Assembly: GCA_012295275.1 (NCBI GenBank)
Contig: CM022669.1
Location: 10,168,001-10,232,000 of the forward strand
DNA: 64,000 bases
DNA from: Chrysomallon squamiferum
Taxonomy: Eukaryota > Animalia > Mollusca
Direction: 5' to 3'
The translations under genes and the position numbers were made by a program. Shown here in pieces: positions 13,301 to 34,781 of this stretch (positions are counted from its first letter, which is position 1; the number at the start of each line of letters is the position of its first letter). The notes beneath the pieces were generated by a model. That model was not told the DNA's origin and did not search any database. It saw only the letters and a list, made by a program, of their open reading frames with translations.

Positions 13301-16300
13301 TGCTCGGAAAAGTTATTGCACTTTGAAAAAGGTACCCCTAGCATTTTCAACGAAACTTGAAAAAATTCGATTTTCAAAAGTTGAAAATCCGTGTGGCACT
13401 GTTCCGTTTGGTCGGGAAAAATATTTCGACGTGTGCAAAACGTGCGCGCCGTCGGGGCGAGTGTGGCAAAAACGTTTCCAACATTTACCAAAGGTGCTGC
13501 ACCTTTTGAAAATGCGTTTGAAAAAAATCGAGCAAATTTTCAAAAACATGTGCGCGTTTTGTGCACGTGTCGGAAACGAGTTGTTCCCCTTGGGTGGGGC
13601 GTGCGGCACTTTTGACCCGTGTCGGGCAACCCTTGCCCCACTTTTGGGTATGTGCGCCCGATTTTTCCCACGTGCTCGGAAAAAGTTATTGCACTTTGAA
13701 AAAGGTACCCTAGCATTTTCAACGAAACTTGAAAAATTCGATTTTCAAAAGTTGAAAATCCGTGTGGCACTGTTCCGTTTGGTCGGGAAAAATATTTCGA
13801 CGTGTGCAAAACGTGCGCGCCGTCGGGGCGAGTGTGGCAAAAACGTTTCCAACATTTACCAAAGGTGCTGCACCTTTTGAAAATGCGTTTGAAAAAAATC
13901 GAGCAAATTTTCAAAAACATGTGCGTTTTTTGTGCACGTGTCGGAAACGAGTTGTTCCCTTTGGGTGGGGCGTGCGGCACTTTTGACCCGTGTCGGGCAA
14001 CCCTTGCCCCACTTTTGGGTATGTGCGCCCGATTTTTCCCACGTGCTCGGAAAAGTTATTGCACTTTGAAAAAGGTACCCCTAGCATTTTCAACGAAACT
14101 TGAAAAAATTCGATTTTCAAAGTTGAAAATCCGTGTGGCACTATTCCGTTTGGTCGGGAAAAATATTTCGACGTGTGCAAAACGTGCGCGCCGTCGGGGC
14201 GAGTGTGGCAAAAACGTTTCAAAATTTACCAAAGGCTGCACCTTTTGANNNNNNNNNNNNNNNNNNNNNNNNNNNNNNNNNNNNNNNNNNNNNNNNNNNN
14301 NNNNNNNNNNNNNNNNNNNNNNNNNNNNNNNNNNNNNNNNNNNNNNNNNNNNNNNNNNNNNNNNNNNNNNNNNNNNNNNNNNNNNNNNNNNNNNNNNNNN
14401 NNNNNNNNNNNNNNNNNNNNNNNNNNNNNNNNNNNNNNNNNNNNNNNNTCGGAAAAGTTATTGCACTTTGAAAAAGGTACCCCTAGCATTTTCAACGAAA
14501 CTTGAAAAATTCGATTTTCAAAAGTTGAAAATCCGTGTGGCACTGTTCCGTTTGGTCGGGAAAAATATTTCGACGTGTGCAAAACGTGCGCGCCGTCGGG
14601 GGCGAGTGTGGCAAAAACGTTTCCAACATTTACCAAAGGTGCTGCACCTTTTGAAAATGCGTTTGAAAAAAATCGAGCAAATTTTCAAAAACATGTGCGT
14701 TTTTTTGTGCACGTGTCGGAAACGAGTTGTTCCCCTTGAGTGGGGCGTGCGGCACTTTTGACCCGTGTCGGGCAACCCTTGCCCCACTTTTGGGTATGTG
14801 CGCCCGATTTTTCCCACGTGCTCGGAAAAAGTTATTGCACTTTGAAAAAAAGGTACCCTAGCATTTTCAACGAAACTTGAAAAAATTCGATTTTCAAAAG
14901 TTGAAAATCCGTGTGGCACTGTTCCGTTTGGTCGGGAAAAATATTTCGACGTGTGCAAAACGTGCGCGCCGTCGGGGCGAGTGTGGCAAAAACGTTTCCA
15001 ACATTTACCAAAGGTGCTGCACCTTTTGAAAATGCGTTTGAAAAAAAATCGAGCAAATTTTCAAAAACATGTGCGTTTTTTGTGCACGTGTCGGAAACGA
15101 GTTGTTCCCCTTGGGTGGGGCGTGCGGCACTTTTGACCCGTGTCGGGCAACCCTTGCCCCACTTTTGGGTATGTGCGCCCGATTTTTCCACGTGCTCGGA
15201 AAAAGTTATTGCACTTTGAAAAAGGTACCCCTAGCATTTTCAACGAAACTTGAAAAAATTCGATTTTCAAAAGTTGAAAATCCGTGTGGCACTGTTCCGT
15301 TTGGTCGGGAAAAATATTTCGACGTGTGCAAAACGTGCGCGCCGTCGGGGCGAGTGTGGCAAAAACGTTTCCAACATTTACCAAAGGTGCTGCACCTTTT
15401 GAAAATGCGTTTGAAAAAAATCGAGCAAATTTTCAAAAACATGTGCGTTTTTTTTGTGCACGTGTCGGAAACGAGTTGTTCCCCTTAGGTGGGGCGTGCG
15501 GCACTTTTGACCCGTGTCGGGCAACCCTTGCCCCCACTTTTGGGTATGTGCGCCCGATTTTTCCCACGTGCTCGGAAAAAGTTATTGCACTTTGAAAAAA
15601 GGTACCCCTAGCATTTTCAACGAAACTTTGAAAAATTCGATTTTCAAAGTTGAAAATCCGTGTGGCACTGTTCCGTTTGGTCGGGAAAAATATTTCGACG
15701 TGTGCAAAACGTGCGCGCCGTCGGGGCGAGTGTGGCAAAAACGTTTCCAACATTTACCAAAGGTGCTGCACCTTTTGAAAATGCGTTTGAAAAAAATCGA
15801 GCAAATTTTCAAAACATGTGCGTTTTTTTGTGCACGTGTCGGAAACGAGTTGTTCCCCTTGGGTGGGGCGTGCGGCACTTTTGACCCGTGTCGGGCAACC
15901 CTTGCCCCACTTTTGGGTATGTGCGCCCGATTTTTCCCACGTGCTCGGAAAAGTTATTGCACTTTGAAAAAGGTACCCCTAGCATTTTCAACGAAACTTG
16001 AAAAAATTCGATTTTCAAAAGTTGAAAATCCGTGTGGCACTGTTCCGTTTGGTCGGGAAAAATATTTCGACGTGTGCAAAACGTGCGCGCCGTCGGGGCG
16101 AGTGTGGCAAAAACGTTTCCAACATTTACCAAAGGTGCTGCACCTTTTGAAAATGCGTTTGAAAAAAAATCGAGCAAATTTTCAAAAACATGTGCGTTTT
16201 TTGTGCACGTGTCGGAAACGAGTTGTTCCCCTTGGGTGGGGCGTGCGGCACTTTTGACCCGTGTCGGGCAACCCTTGCCCCACTTTTGGGTATGTGCGCC

Positions 16301-19300
16301 CGATTTTTCCACGTGCTCGGAAAAGTTATTGCACTTTGAAAAAGGTACCCCTAGCATTTTCAACGAAACTTGAAAAAATTCGATTTTCAAAAGTTGAAAA
16401 TCCGTGTGGCACTGTTCCGTTTGGTCGGAAAAATATTTCGACGTGTGCAAAACGTGCGCGCCGTCGGGGCGAGTGTGGCAAAAACGTTTCCAACATTTAC
16501 CAAAGGTGCTGCACCTTTTGAAAATGCGTTTGAAAAAAATCGAGCAAATTTTCAAAAACATGTGCGTTTTTGTGCGTGTCGGAAACGAGTTGTTCCCCTT
16601 GGGTGGGGCGTGCGGCACTTTTGACCCGTGTCGGGCAACCCTTGCCCCACTTTTGGGTATGTGCGCCCGATTTTCCCACGTGCTCGGAAAAGTTATTGCA
16701 CTTTGAAAAAAGGTACCCCTAGCATTTTCAACGAAACTTGAAAAATTCGATTTTCAAAAGTTGAAAATCCGTGTGGCACTGTTCCGTTTGGTCGGGAAAA
16801 ATATTTCGACGTGTGCAAAACGTGCGCGCCGTCGGGGCGAGTGTGGTAAAAACGTTTCCAACATTTACCAAAGGTGCTGCACCTTTTGAAAATGCGTTTG
16901 AAAAAAATCGAGCAAATTTTCAAAAAACATGTGCGTTTTTTGTGCACGTGTCGGAAACGAGTTGTTCCCCTTGGGTGGGGCGTGCGGCACTTTTGACCCG
17001 TGTCGGGCAACCCTTGCCCCACTTTTGGGTATGTGCGCCCGATTTTTCCCACGTGCTCGGAAAAAAAAGTTATTGCACTTTGAAAAAGGTACCCCTAGCA
17101 TTTTCAACGAAACTTGAAAAAAATTCGATTTTCAAAAGTTGAAAATCCGTGTGGCACTGTTCCGTTTGGTCGGGAAAAATATTTCGACGTGTGCAAAACG
17201 TGCGCGCCGTCGGGGCGAGTGTGGCAAAAACGTTTCCAACATTTACCAAAGGTGCTGCACCTTTTGAAAATGCGTTTGAAAAAAAAATCGAGCAAATTTC
17301 AAAAAAACATGTGCGTTTTTGTGCACGTGTCGGAAACGAGTTGTTCCCCTTAGGTGGGGCGTGCGGCACTTTTGACCCGTGTCGGGCAACCCTTGCTTAC
17401 TTTTGGGTATGTGCGCCCGATTTTTCCCACGTGCTCGGAAAAAGTTATTGCACTTTGAAAAAGGTACCCCTAGCATTTTCAACGAAACTTGAAAAAATTC
17501 GATTTTCAAAAGTTGAAAATCCGTGTGGCACTGTTCCGTTTGGTCGGGAAAAATATTTCGACGTGTGCAAAACGTGCGCGCCGTCGGGGCGAGTGTGGCA
17601 AAAACGTTTCCAACATTTACCAAAGGTGCTGCACCTTTTGAAAATGCGTTTGAAAAAAAATCGAGCAAATTTTCAAAAAACATGTGCGTTTTTGTGCACG
17701 TGTCGGAAACGAGTTGTTCCCCTTGGGTGGGGCGTGCGGCACTTTTGACCCGTGTCGGGCAACCCTTGCCCCACTTTTGGGTATGTGCGCCCGATTTTTC
17801 CCACGTGCTCGGAAAAAGTTATTGCACTTTGAAAAAGGTACCCCTAGCATTTTCAACGAAACTTGAAAAAATTCGATTTTCAAAAGTTGAAAATCCGTGT
17901 GGCACTGTTCCGTTTGGTCGGGAAAAATATTTCGACGTGTGCAAAACGTGCGCGCCGTCGGGGCGAGTGTGGCAAAAACGTTTCCAACATTTACCAAAGG
18001 TGCTGCACCTTTTGAAAATGCGTTTGAAAAAAAATCGAGCAAATTTTCAAAAACATGTGCGTTTTTTGTGCACGTGTCGGAAACGAGTTGTTCCCCTTGG
18101 GTGGGGCGTGCGGCACTTTTGACCCGTGTCGGGCAACCCTTGCCCCACTTTTGGGTATGTGCGCCCGATTTTTCCCACGTGCTCGGAAAAAGTTATTGCA
18201 CTTTGAAAAAGGTACCCCTAGCATTTTCAACGAAACTTGAAAAAATTCGATTTTCAAAAGTTGAAAATCCGTGTGGCACTGTTCCGTTTGGTCGGGAAAA
18301 ATATTTCGACGTGTGCAAAACGTGCGCGCCGTCGGGGCGAGTGTGGCAAAAACGTTTCCAACATTTACCAAAGGTGCTGCACCTTTTGAAAATGCGTTTG
18401 AAAAAAAATCGAGCAAATTTTCAAAAACATGTGCGTTTTTTGTGCACGTGTCGGAAACGAGTTGTTCCCCTTGGGTGGGGCGTGCGGCACTTTTGACCCG
18501 TGTCGGGCATCCCTTGCCCCACTTTTGGGTATGTGCGCCCGATTTTTCCCACGTGCTCGGAAAAAGTTATTGCACTTTGAAAAAGGTACCCCTAGCATTT
18601 TCAACGAAACTTGAAAAATTTCGATTTTCAAAAGTTGAAAATCCGTGTGGCACTGTTCCGTTTGGTCGGGAAAAATATTTCGACGTGTGCAAAACGTGCG
18701 CGCCGTCGGGGCGAGTGTGGCAAAAACGTTTCCAACATTTACCAAAGGTGCTGCAGGTTTTGAAAATGCGTTTGAAAAAAAATCGAGCAAATTTTCAAAA
18801 ACATGTGCGTTTTTTGTGCACGTGTCGGAAACGAGTTGTTCCCCTTGGGTGGGGCGTGCGGCACTTTTGACCCGTGTCGGGCAACCCTTGCCCCACTTTT
18901 GGGTATGTGCGCCCGATTTTTCCCACGTGCTCGGAAAAAGTTATTGCACTTTGAAAAAGGTACCCCTAGCATTTTCAACGAAACTTGAAAAAATTCGATT
19001 TTCAAAAGTTGAAAATCCGTGTGGCACTGTTCCGTTTGGTCGGGAAAAATATTTCGACGTGTGCAAAACGTGCGCGCCGTCGGGGCGAGTGTGGCAAAAA
19101 CGTTTCCAACATTTACCAAAGGTGCTGCACGGTTTGAAAATGCGTTTGAAAAAAAATCGAGCAAATTTTCAAAAACATGTGCGTTTTTTGTGCACGTGTC
19201 GGAAACGAGTTGTTCCCCTTGGGTGGGGCGTGCGGCACTTTTGACCCGTGTCGGGCAACCCTTGCCCCACTTTTGGGTATGTGCGCCCGATTTTTCCCAC

Positions 19301-19579
19301 GTGCTCGGAAAAAGTTATTGCACTTTGAAAAAGGTACCCCTAGCATTTTCAACGAAACTTGAAAAAATTCGATTTTGAAAAATTGAAATTCGATGTGGCA
19401 CTCTTCCGTGTAGTCGGGAAAAATATTTCAATGTGTGCAAAAGGTGCGCGCCGTCGGGGCCAGTTTGTCGAAAAGGTTTTCATCATTTATAAAAGGTGCT
19501 GCACCTTTTGAAAATGCCTGTGTAAAAAAAAAATGAGCAAATTTTCAAAATATGTGCGTTTTTTCTGCAAGTTTCGGAA
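7364..19579. repeat. Tandem satellite DNA array, 374-bp monomer, about 32 assembled copies (true size unknown because of the gap)
   Basis: Near-identical units, with exact 374-bp spacing visible in recurring ORF starts 17149/17523/17897/18271/18645/19019. Much richer in GC and CpG than the flanks. The first and last units are diverged. Confidence 0.98.
14249..14448. other. Assembly gap (200 N) inside the satellite array
   Basis: Run of exactly 200 N, a placeholder-type scaffold gap. Confidence 0.99.
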
Positions 19580-19778
19580 GTGGAATTACTTTTTATCCTT
19601 ACGTGGGAATATTGGGGTGCACCTACCCAGAAGTGGGGCAATGGTTGCCCCAGGCGGGTGAAAAGTGCCGCACGCCCCAAAAGTGGAACTACTTGTTTCC
19701 GGCACGTGCAAAAAACATTTCAAGACGCGTTGAAAATTCGAGAGGTACCTTTTTCAAAGTGGAATAACTTTTTCTCCG
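19580..19778 (-). repeat. Inverted, diverged fragments of the satellite monomer capping the array
   Basis: 19580-19716 is the reverse complement of the monomer segment TGCACGTGTCGGAAACGAGTTGTTCC...AAGTTATTGCAC, with many substitutions. 19728-19778 is the reverse complement of CGGAAAAAGTTATTGCACTTTGAAAAAGGTACC...TTTTCAACG. Confidence 0.9.
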
Positions 19779-19924
19779 CATATAAATATAAAAGTATCGA
19801 ACCAATAGATAGAAACTGTTCTATATGCTTTCATTAGAATTGATATAGATAAATTGCATGATATTAAATCAATTATGTTTAGCTGTCGTTAAGCCATTGT
19901 TTCGATCATTCAGTTATTAATTTC

Positions 19925-20051
19925 AAGTGGTATAGCGTGAATGTACTCTTGTGGACTAATGGAAGGTGTTCGGGGGTGGCTAATACCCACGGGTTAGGTG
20001 GTGCCGTGTACTTTGCCTAGCACCGGGGTCTGGCAAAACGTCACGCCTCTG
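19925..20051. mobile_element. Small degenerate hAT-type MITE
   Basis: GC-rich 127-bp island ending in ...ACGCCTCTG, with a degenerate left terminus AAGTGGTATAGCGT. Flanked by an 8-bp near-duplicate TTAATTTC (19917-19924) / TTAACTTC (20052-20059). 8-bp TSDs are typical of hAT elements. Confidence 0.5.
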
Positions 20052-20953
20052 TTAACTTCACATTTAAAAGTTAATGGCCGCGTATAATAATCTACAGTCT
20101 GTGCATATATTAACATGTTGACAATATTCGTATTTTATCAAAAAGTTAGAGAAAGAGAAAACAAAGGTAAAATGAAGACTGACGTTTGCTAATAATAAAG
20201 TAAAATTACAAAATAAAAATTCTGTGAGGAAATACGGAAACTGATATTTTGCACTATACTGATGCCTGAAAAAGTTCTCCGGTTGATTTAAGATCAGGCA
20301 TTACTACTATCATAATCTTAGTTACAGCCAAAAAAAAAACCGAATAATAATAATAATAATGATAATAATAATAATAATAATAATAATAATATTTATGATA
20401 AATTATTATTACTATTACAAATAATCAAGGAAGTAAACAACGAAATGTCTTCAAGATTATATATCTTCTACATAAGCACCAATACAAACAAGGAATACGT
20501 GATCTGAATTAAGAGTATATATTTCAATAAACAAAGCCTCAACGCACAGTGAAACAAACACAATGGACAGTTACTCAGTTTTGTAACTGATCTGGCTGAG
20601 AACGGGTGAAAGGTGCACTCTGATTCTGTTCTTGAGTCGACCAAAGTTCTCTTCTTTTTTCTTTAATAACAAAATTTATATCATCTTGAAAAATATGAGG
20701 CAGTGGAGCGCTTGTTTTTTAAATGATGTACCCCATCATGCCTGTTATGGGACGTTCGTAGTGTCTGATCAACTTGAAAATGTTTTTAATGCAGTGTGAT
20801 TGAAGGGACATAACTCCGTCTGATTCAGCTTTTTGTTAAGTTGTATTATTTCTTATGTATAAGTAGTTCTAACGATGAACAATGCTCATGACCAGTTGAG
20901 ATATATTTTTAACATTTCTTTAATAATAATAATGATGATGATGATGATGATGA

Positions 20954-21005
<52 letters not shown>

Positions 21006-21293
21006 ATTATTATTATTTAAAAACAAATCTGCCACTTATGACCCCCTAAAACACTCCTATGTCACTATGTCCTCAAACAAGGCCAGACTAAAAATAAAAA
21101 CGATTAAAAAAAGTTCCAATTAAAAACAAACACATTCCCACATAAGAAGATGTGCACCCAAATACATTAACTTGCACACACAGACATACACATATTCTGA
21201 ACTATCGATTTCATCCAGAAAATATTATATCTACGTCAGAGTATAATGTTCATTTTTTCGATCCTAATTGTTTCATGCTGACCTCTTGCGCTG

Positions 21294-21364
21294 TGACGCA
21301 GACTCCTTATTGACGTCACATTTATTGTTGACGTCATTCAGCTGTTTTCTGTAGCTGCGTAAGA
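21294..21364 (+). promoter_or_regulatory. Candidate promoter and non-coding first exon with clustered CRE sites
   Basis: TGACG half-site at 21294, perfect TGACGTCA at 21311-21318 and 21329-21336, an overlapping Inr-like TCATTC (21334-21339) and a donor-like GC|GTAAGA at 21359. It lies ~2.2 kb upstream of the ATG at 23557, whose exon has an acceptor (TTTAG ending 23467). Confidence 0.45.
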
Positions 21365-21683
21365 ATTTTATAAGACAGACGGTTATTCTTTTTTGTTGTT
21401 TGTTCATTATGGTTTCCTTTAATGTAGTTCCAGTAATAACTGGTTTTATTTTTGTTTTATATGTTAAAAAGAAGGAAGAAATGTTTTACTGAACTATGAA
21501 CTCTTGTATTTTATATATAACGTTTTATGGCCTAATGGCCTAAAATTTATTTATTTATCCTGCAATAACTTTAAATATTGCCACTGACCAAAAATATACC
21601 ACAGAACTATATTTATTTTGACAAATTACTTTTTATTTACACATACATACAGATGTACATACATACATACATACATACATACA

Positions 21684-21719
<36 letters not shown>

Positions 21720-21812
21720 TATATTGTATTGTATTTTAAAAACAATTTTCACGTATACATACAAACACATACGTGATAAGAAAGGATCATGCTGCCGTCA
21801 CTTGGCAAATCT

Positions 21813-21857
<45 letters not shown>

Positions 21858-22647
21858 GAAACTTTGAAAGTGCACACCACGGTCTTTTGAGGAGTGGTAT
21901 TGCGTGGTATAGTTAAAAAAAAATAAAAAAATAAAAATAAAAAAAAATAAAATATTTTTATAAGGAAGAATAGCTTTTGTTGTACTGAATAGATAATGCT
22001 TTTTTTTTGATTTTTTTTTTTTTTTTTTTTCAATTCATATTTATTGTATTAAACTGTGAATTATTATTTCTAAACGATATTCTCAATTCCTGGAAAAGTC
22101 GTGAACAACAATATGACAAAATATAATGTGTCTGTATGTGTGTGTGCGGTGCGTGTATATATTTATGAATGTATTTATGTGTGCAAACATGTAACATATA
22201 TTCAGATATGAAATAGAGACAACGCAGATCTGTGAAATAAAATGGTACTGTTTGACAAAAGAACGGGATTAAATGCGTGTAAAGTCTCTGTAGACACTCT
22301 AAAGACTGAGAAATATTTAGATGATGAAATTTCGGGGAAAGAAATATTTGAGGAAAGGTATGAAAACTAAACTGAGCAGGAGCACAATGGTGAAAATCGA
22401 AGAGGATTAAAGTAATATCCCGTTACGATTCAATTCAGCGATCCCCTCATGCAACGGGATCTATTCTTTACGCATTTATGGATCAGCTTTGAATGTGTTC
22501 ATATCGATCAACGGGACAAAATATTTCCGCGTGCTCAAAGGTAATAATTTACTGTTTATCGTCGCCTTTATAAATCTTTTTACCTTTTTATGTGAGGTGC
22601 TGTTATTGCTCTCAGCGATATCTCGATCGTTTATAAATAGCTGTACC

Positions 22648-22679
<32 letters not shown>

Positions 22680-22957
22680 TCGGTAGCGTGTAGTATCCTG
22701 GATTCAAAATATAAACATAAACAGTTTCTACATTGCGTTAATTCAGATGCCTTTCATTGTTTGCATAAGAGCTAAGGTGATCGGCTACTCAAGTATTACC
22801 TGGAAACGCAAGGAGATAGTGGCCTGAAATCGCTCGCAAGAGACACTATTCCACGATGTGACTTTTTTTTTTTTGTGATCAAATTCTTCTGATGTTCAGC
22901 ATTTCTCGAATGCAATGGCATGACTTTTAATTATTATCTTTGTCGACCGGGAGGATT

Positions 22958-23065
22958 AGAATACAAGTAAGTGATTTGTGTTGTAACTGTAGAAGATATT
23001 TTATAGGCACAAACAGCATTTAGTATTAATTGGGTGTGGGGCGTTTCTCTTTCTTTCTATCACAT

Positions 23066-23116
<51 letters not shown>
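22958..23116. repeat. ~110-bp segment plus (CT)n tail, duplicated at ~31266-31460 in the same gene
   Basis: AGAATACAAGTAAGTGATTTGTGTT...ACAAACAGCATTTAGTATTAATTGGGTGTGGGGCGTTTCTCTTTCTTTCTATCACATTCT versus AGAATATAAGTACGTGATTTATGTT...ACAAACAGCATTTAGTGTTAAATGGGTGTGGGGCGCATCTCTTTCTTTCTATCACATTCT. Confidence 0.85.
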
Positions 23117-23131
<15 letters not shown>

Positions 23132-23137
23132 TCACAA

Positions 23138-23170
<33 letters not shown>

Positions 23171-23305
23171 CACAAAATATAATATATACACCTACGTACG
23201 TATGTACATACACAAATACATACCTTAGTAGATATATCGATGTGTGTGATTGTGACTGTGTGTGTGTGTATGTGTGTGTCTGTGTGTGTGTATATGTGTG
23301 TGTGT

Positions 23306-23358
<53 letters not shown>

Positions 23359-23556
23359 AACAAAACTACGTAGTTTCCGTTATTTACACGAACGGAGCTT
23401 ACTTCCAACGAACAAACCATCTACCCATTTACTGATATTAAATTTCTGGAACTTTCTATTACTTTAGGTATCTCTCACCACCGAGAAAACGTAGCCTGTG
23501 TGCTGCAACAAACAGCTACCGGTGAATATTTCAGATATCTGTAACGGAGTCAAATA

Positions 23557-32344
<8,788 letters not shown>

Positions 32345-33338
32345 CTTGTAACAAAGGCAGACACTAACTATTAAACAGTACCTTAGTTAAGACTCAGTAT
32401 AATAATTATTATGATGCTAACATATTTGTCCAGCAGCTAAAGACGATAAAACACCATTTGATTTATTTCTTATTGATAAGCCAGTATTAAAAAAGAAAAA
32501 GAAAAAAAGAAATTGACGCTAATAAAATAGTTTAGTTTTCAAAATAGGTATATGCTTTACTTCCATAACATAGTATAAAGAATAATGCTTCGACTTTAGA
32601 AAATAATAAAATAAATTAGTTTTTATTTAAGAATAATTATAAAGCGCCGTCTGTATACTTTATTATGGACAGCAACACAAAGTAGTTTAGTTTAGAAAAT
32701 CAGCATAAAACTATAATTATATATTTTCACTGCAATTAAACACTGTTTGAATTGTGTAGTACGATAGAGCATAAATATATGAATATACTTCATTCGATGC
32801 AAAGATTTTTAAACGGCATATTTAAATTATCTATTATTACATTAATAGTGTAATTTTATATTTATATAGTTTATAAACCTTTTCGAATGTAATTAAATTA
32901 GTTATTATTATACTCGGCTTCAACAAACTAAAGTAACGCATTTCTGTAATGTATTAGTTTTGAAGAATCGTCATAAAACGTTTAAATACGTTACGAATTT
33001 AAACTTTAAATAGATTAGTTCTAGAGAATCAATTTCAAGTGAAGTTTATATTTTTCACAAAAGAACATTATACATTATTATAATAATTTACTATTGAAGA
33101 ACCAGCTTAATGTGATTTCTGTACTTCACGAATTTCTAACCAAAGTTATGTTATCTACATAGCTGGTACTGAAATAAGCATAATGCAACGTCTGTATTTT
33201 TACTCTGTTGTCTACAATATATCAGAACATTTTTAAACAGATTAAAAATGAACTCAGAATAAAGCGACATTTGCACCAGAAAAAAAGAACGTCGACTGTT
33301 TATTATTATTATTATCATCATCATCATCATCATCATCA

Positions 33339-33410
<72 letters not shown>

Positions 33411-34250
33411 GACTGAAAATAATATGTGTATGTATGTATTTATTTAATTGTTTTTATTTTAATATGCTAAACTATGACCGTTTTCTGACTACAAAACATT
33501 TGAAACTCTTGACAAGCAAATCCAATTTCTATATTTACTAACAGGCTGTGAATCGTTCAACACATTTGAAATGATTTAATTTGTATGTATTAATGTATGT
33601 ATATATATGTTTGTATCTCTCCACATTTGTCTATGTAATTACGTATACATTAAAATACTGTTTACCAAAATAATAATACAAGCAATCTGTGATATACGAG
33701 CAGTGCCATATATAATTATATTATGAAATTTTATTTTATTTTATAAAACTGTTAACTGAAATATTTCCTTTAACAAACCATTTCCCCAGAATATGTTTCA
33801 GACGGGCCGAGGAATCATTACAATGGAAAGGTGCATGTATAAATTATCCGCTGGTGCTAAATACAAAAAAATAGATTTCCTATCTATATGGTTGGTGGTT
33901 ATTCAGTACCTACGACCTCTTGTAGATCTAAACAGTGTTAAGTATATTTTTAAACACAATATTTCTTACGACGATTAAACTCGTATGAAAGCAACAGGTC
34001 TGATGAAAATCATTATTACATTATTAAGTATGTAATAAATTCCATTCAGAGGGAAACACAAGTTATAATTATTTATTCCGAAATAGTTGTTGTTGTTGTT
34101 TTTTATTCGATTTTTACAATTGATAAAAATGTAACTACTATTTTATCACAAACTGTTTCCAACAGATCTCAGTGTGTGGGAATTCCGTGTATTAAAAGTT
34201 GTTATTTTTATAATAATCTGTCCTCTTCAGATTGCTATATTCCGCCACTA

Positions 34251-34348
<98 letters not shown>

Positions 34349-34557
34349 GTGTGAGGTGAGTCTGAGATTCAGTAATTATTGTTTAACGTCTTCATATGAA
34401 ACATCTGTTTATTTTTAAAACGATCTTCAAATACTTTTGATAATACAGACACACAGAATGTGAATTTTGTTTGTTGTTTTTTCATGCTTGCTTTCAAAGT
34501 TCATATTCTTTCTGATTACGATTTCTAGGAGGCGTGTATATCTGTTTTTATATACTG

Positions 34558-34621
<64 letters not shown>

Positions 34622-34622
34622 G

Positions 34623-34661
<39 letters not shown>

Positions 34662-34744
34662 CTGTCTCGTTTTCTCTCTCTCTGTCTCTCTTTCTCTCAC
34701 ATTCACACATAAACAGTGACTGTGACTACCGTACACACACACGC

Positions 34745-34781
<37 letters not shown>

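Noticed and set aside
8400-17400. Homopolymer-length variation among monomers as biological divergence
   Set aside because: The variation is almost all 1-bp indels in runs across the central array around the gap, while the units at ~17460-19370 are clean. Sequencing or consensus error is the likelier cause.
7364-19579. CRISPR-like array
   Set aside because: There are no unique spacers, the monomers are contiguous and 374 bp long, the context is eukaryotic, and no cas genes are present.
7244-19837. Dozens of ORFs up to 519 aa on both strands
   Set aside because: They are translations of the 374-bp satellite. Frames shift with homopolymer indels and the peptides repeat without any recognisable domain.
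22230-22420. Possible RTE-type LINE 3' remnant (KWY...GKK..RK)
   Set aside because: Too degenerate, with several stops, to support by eye.
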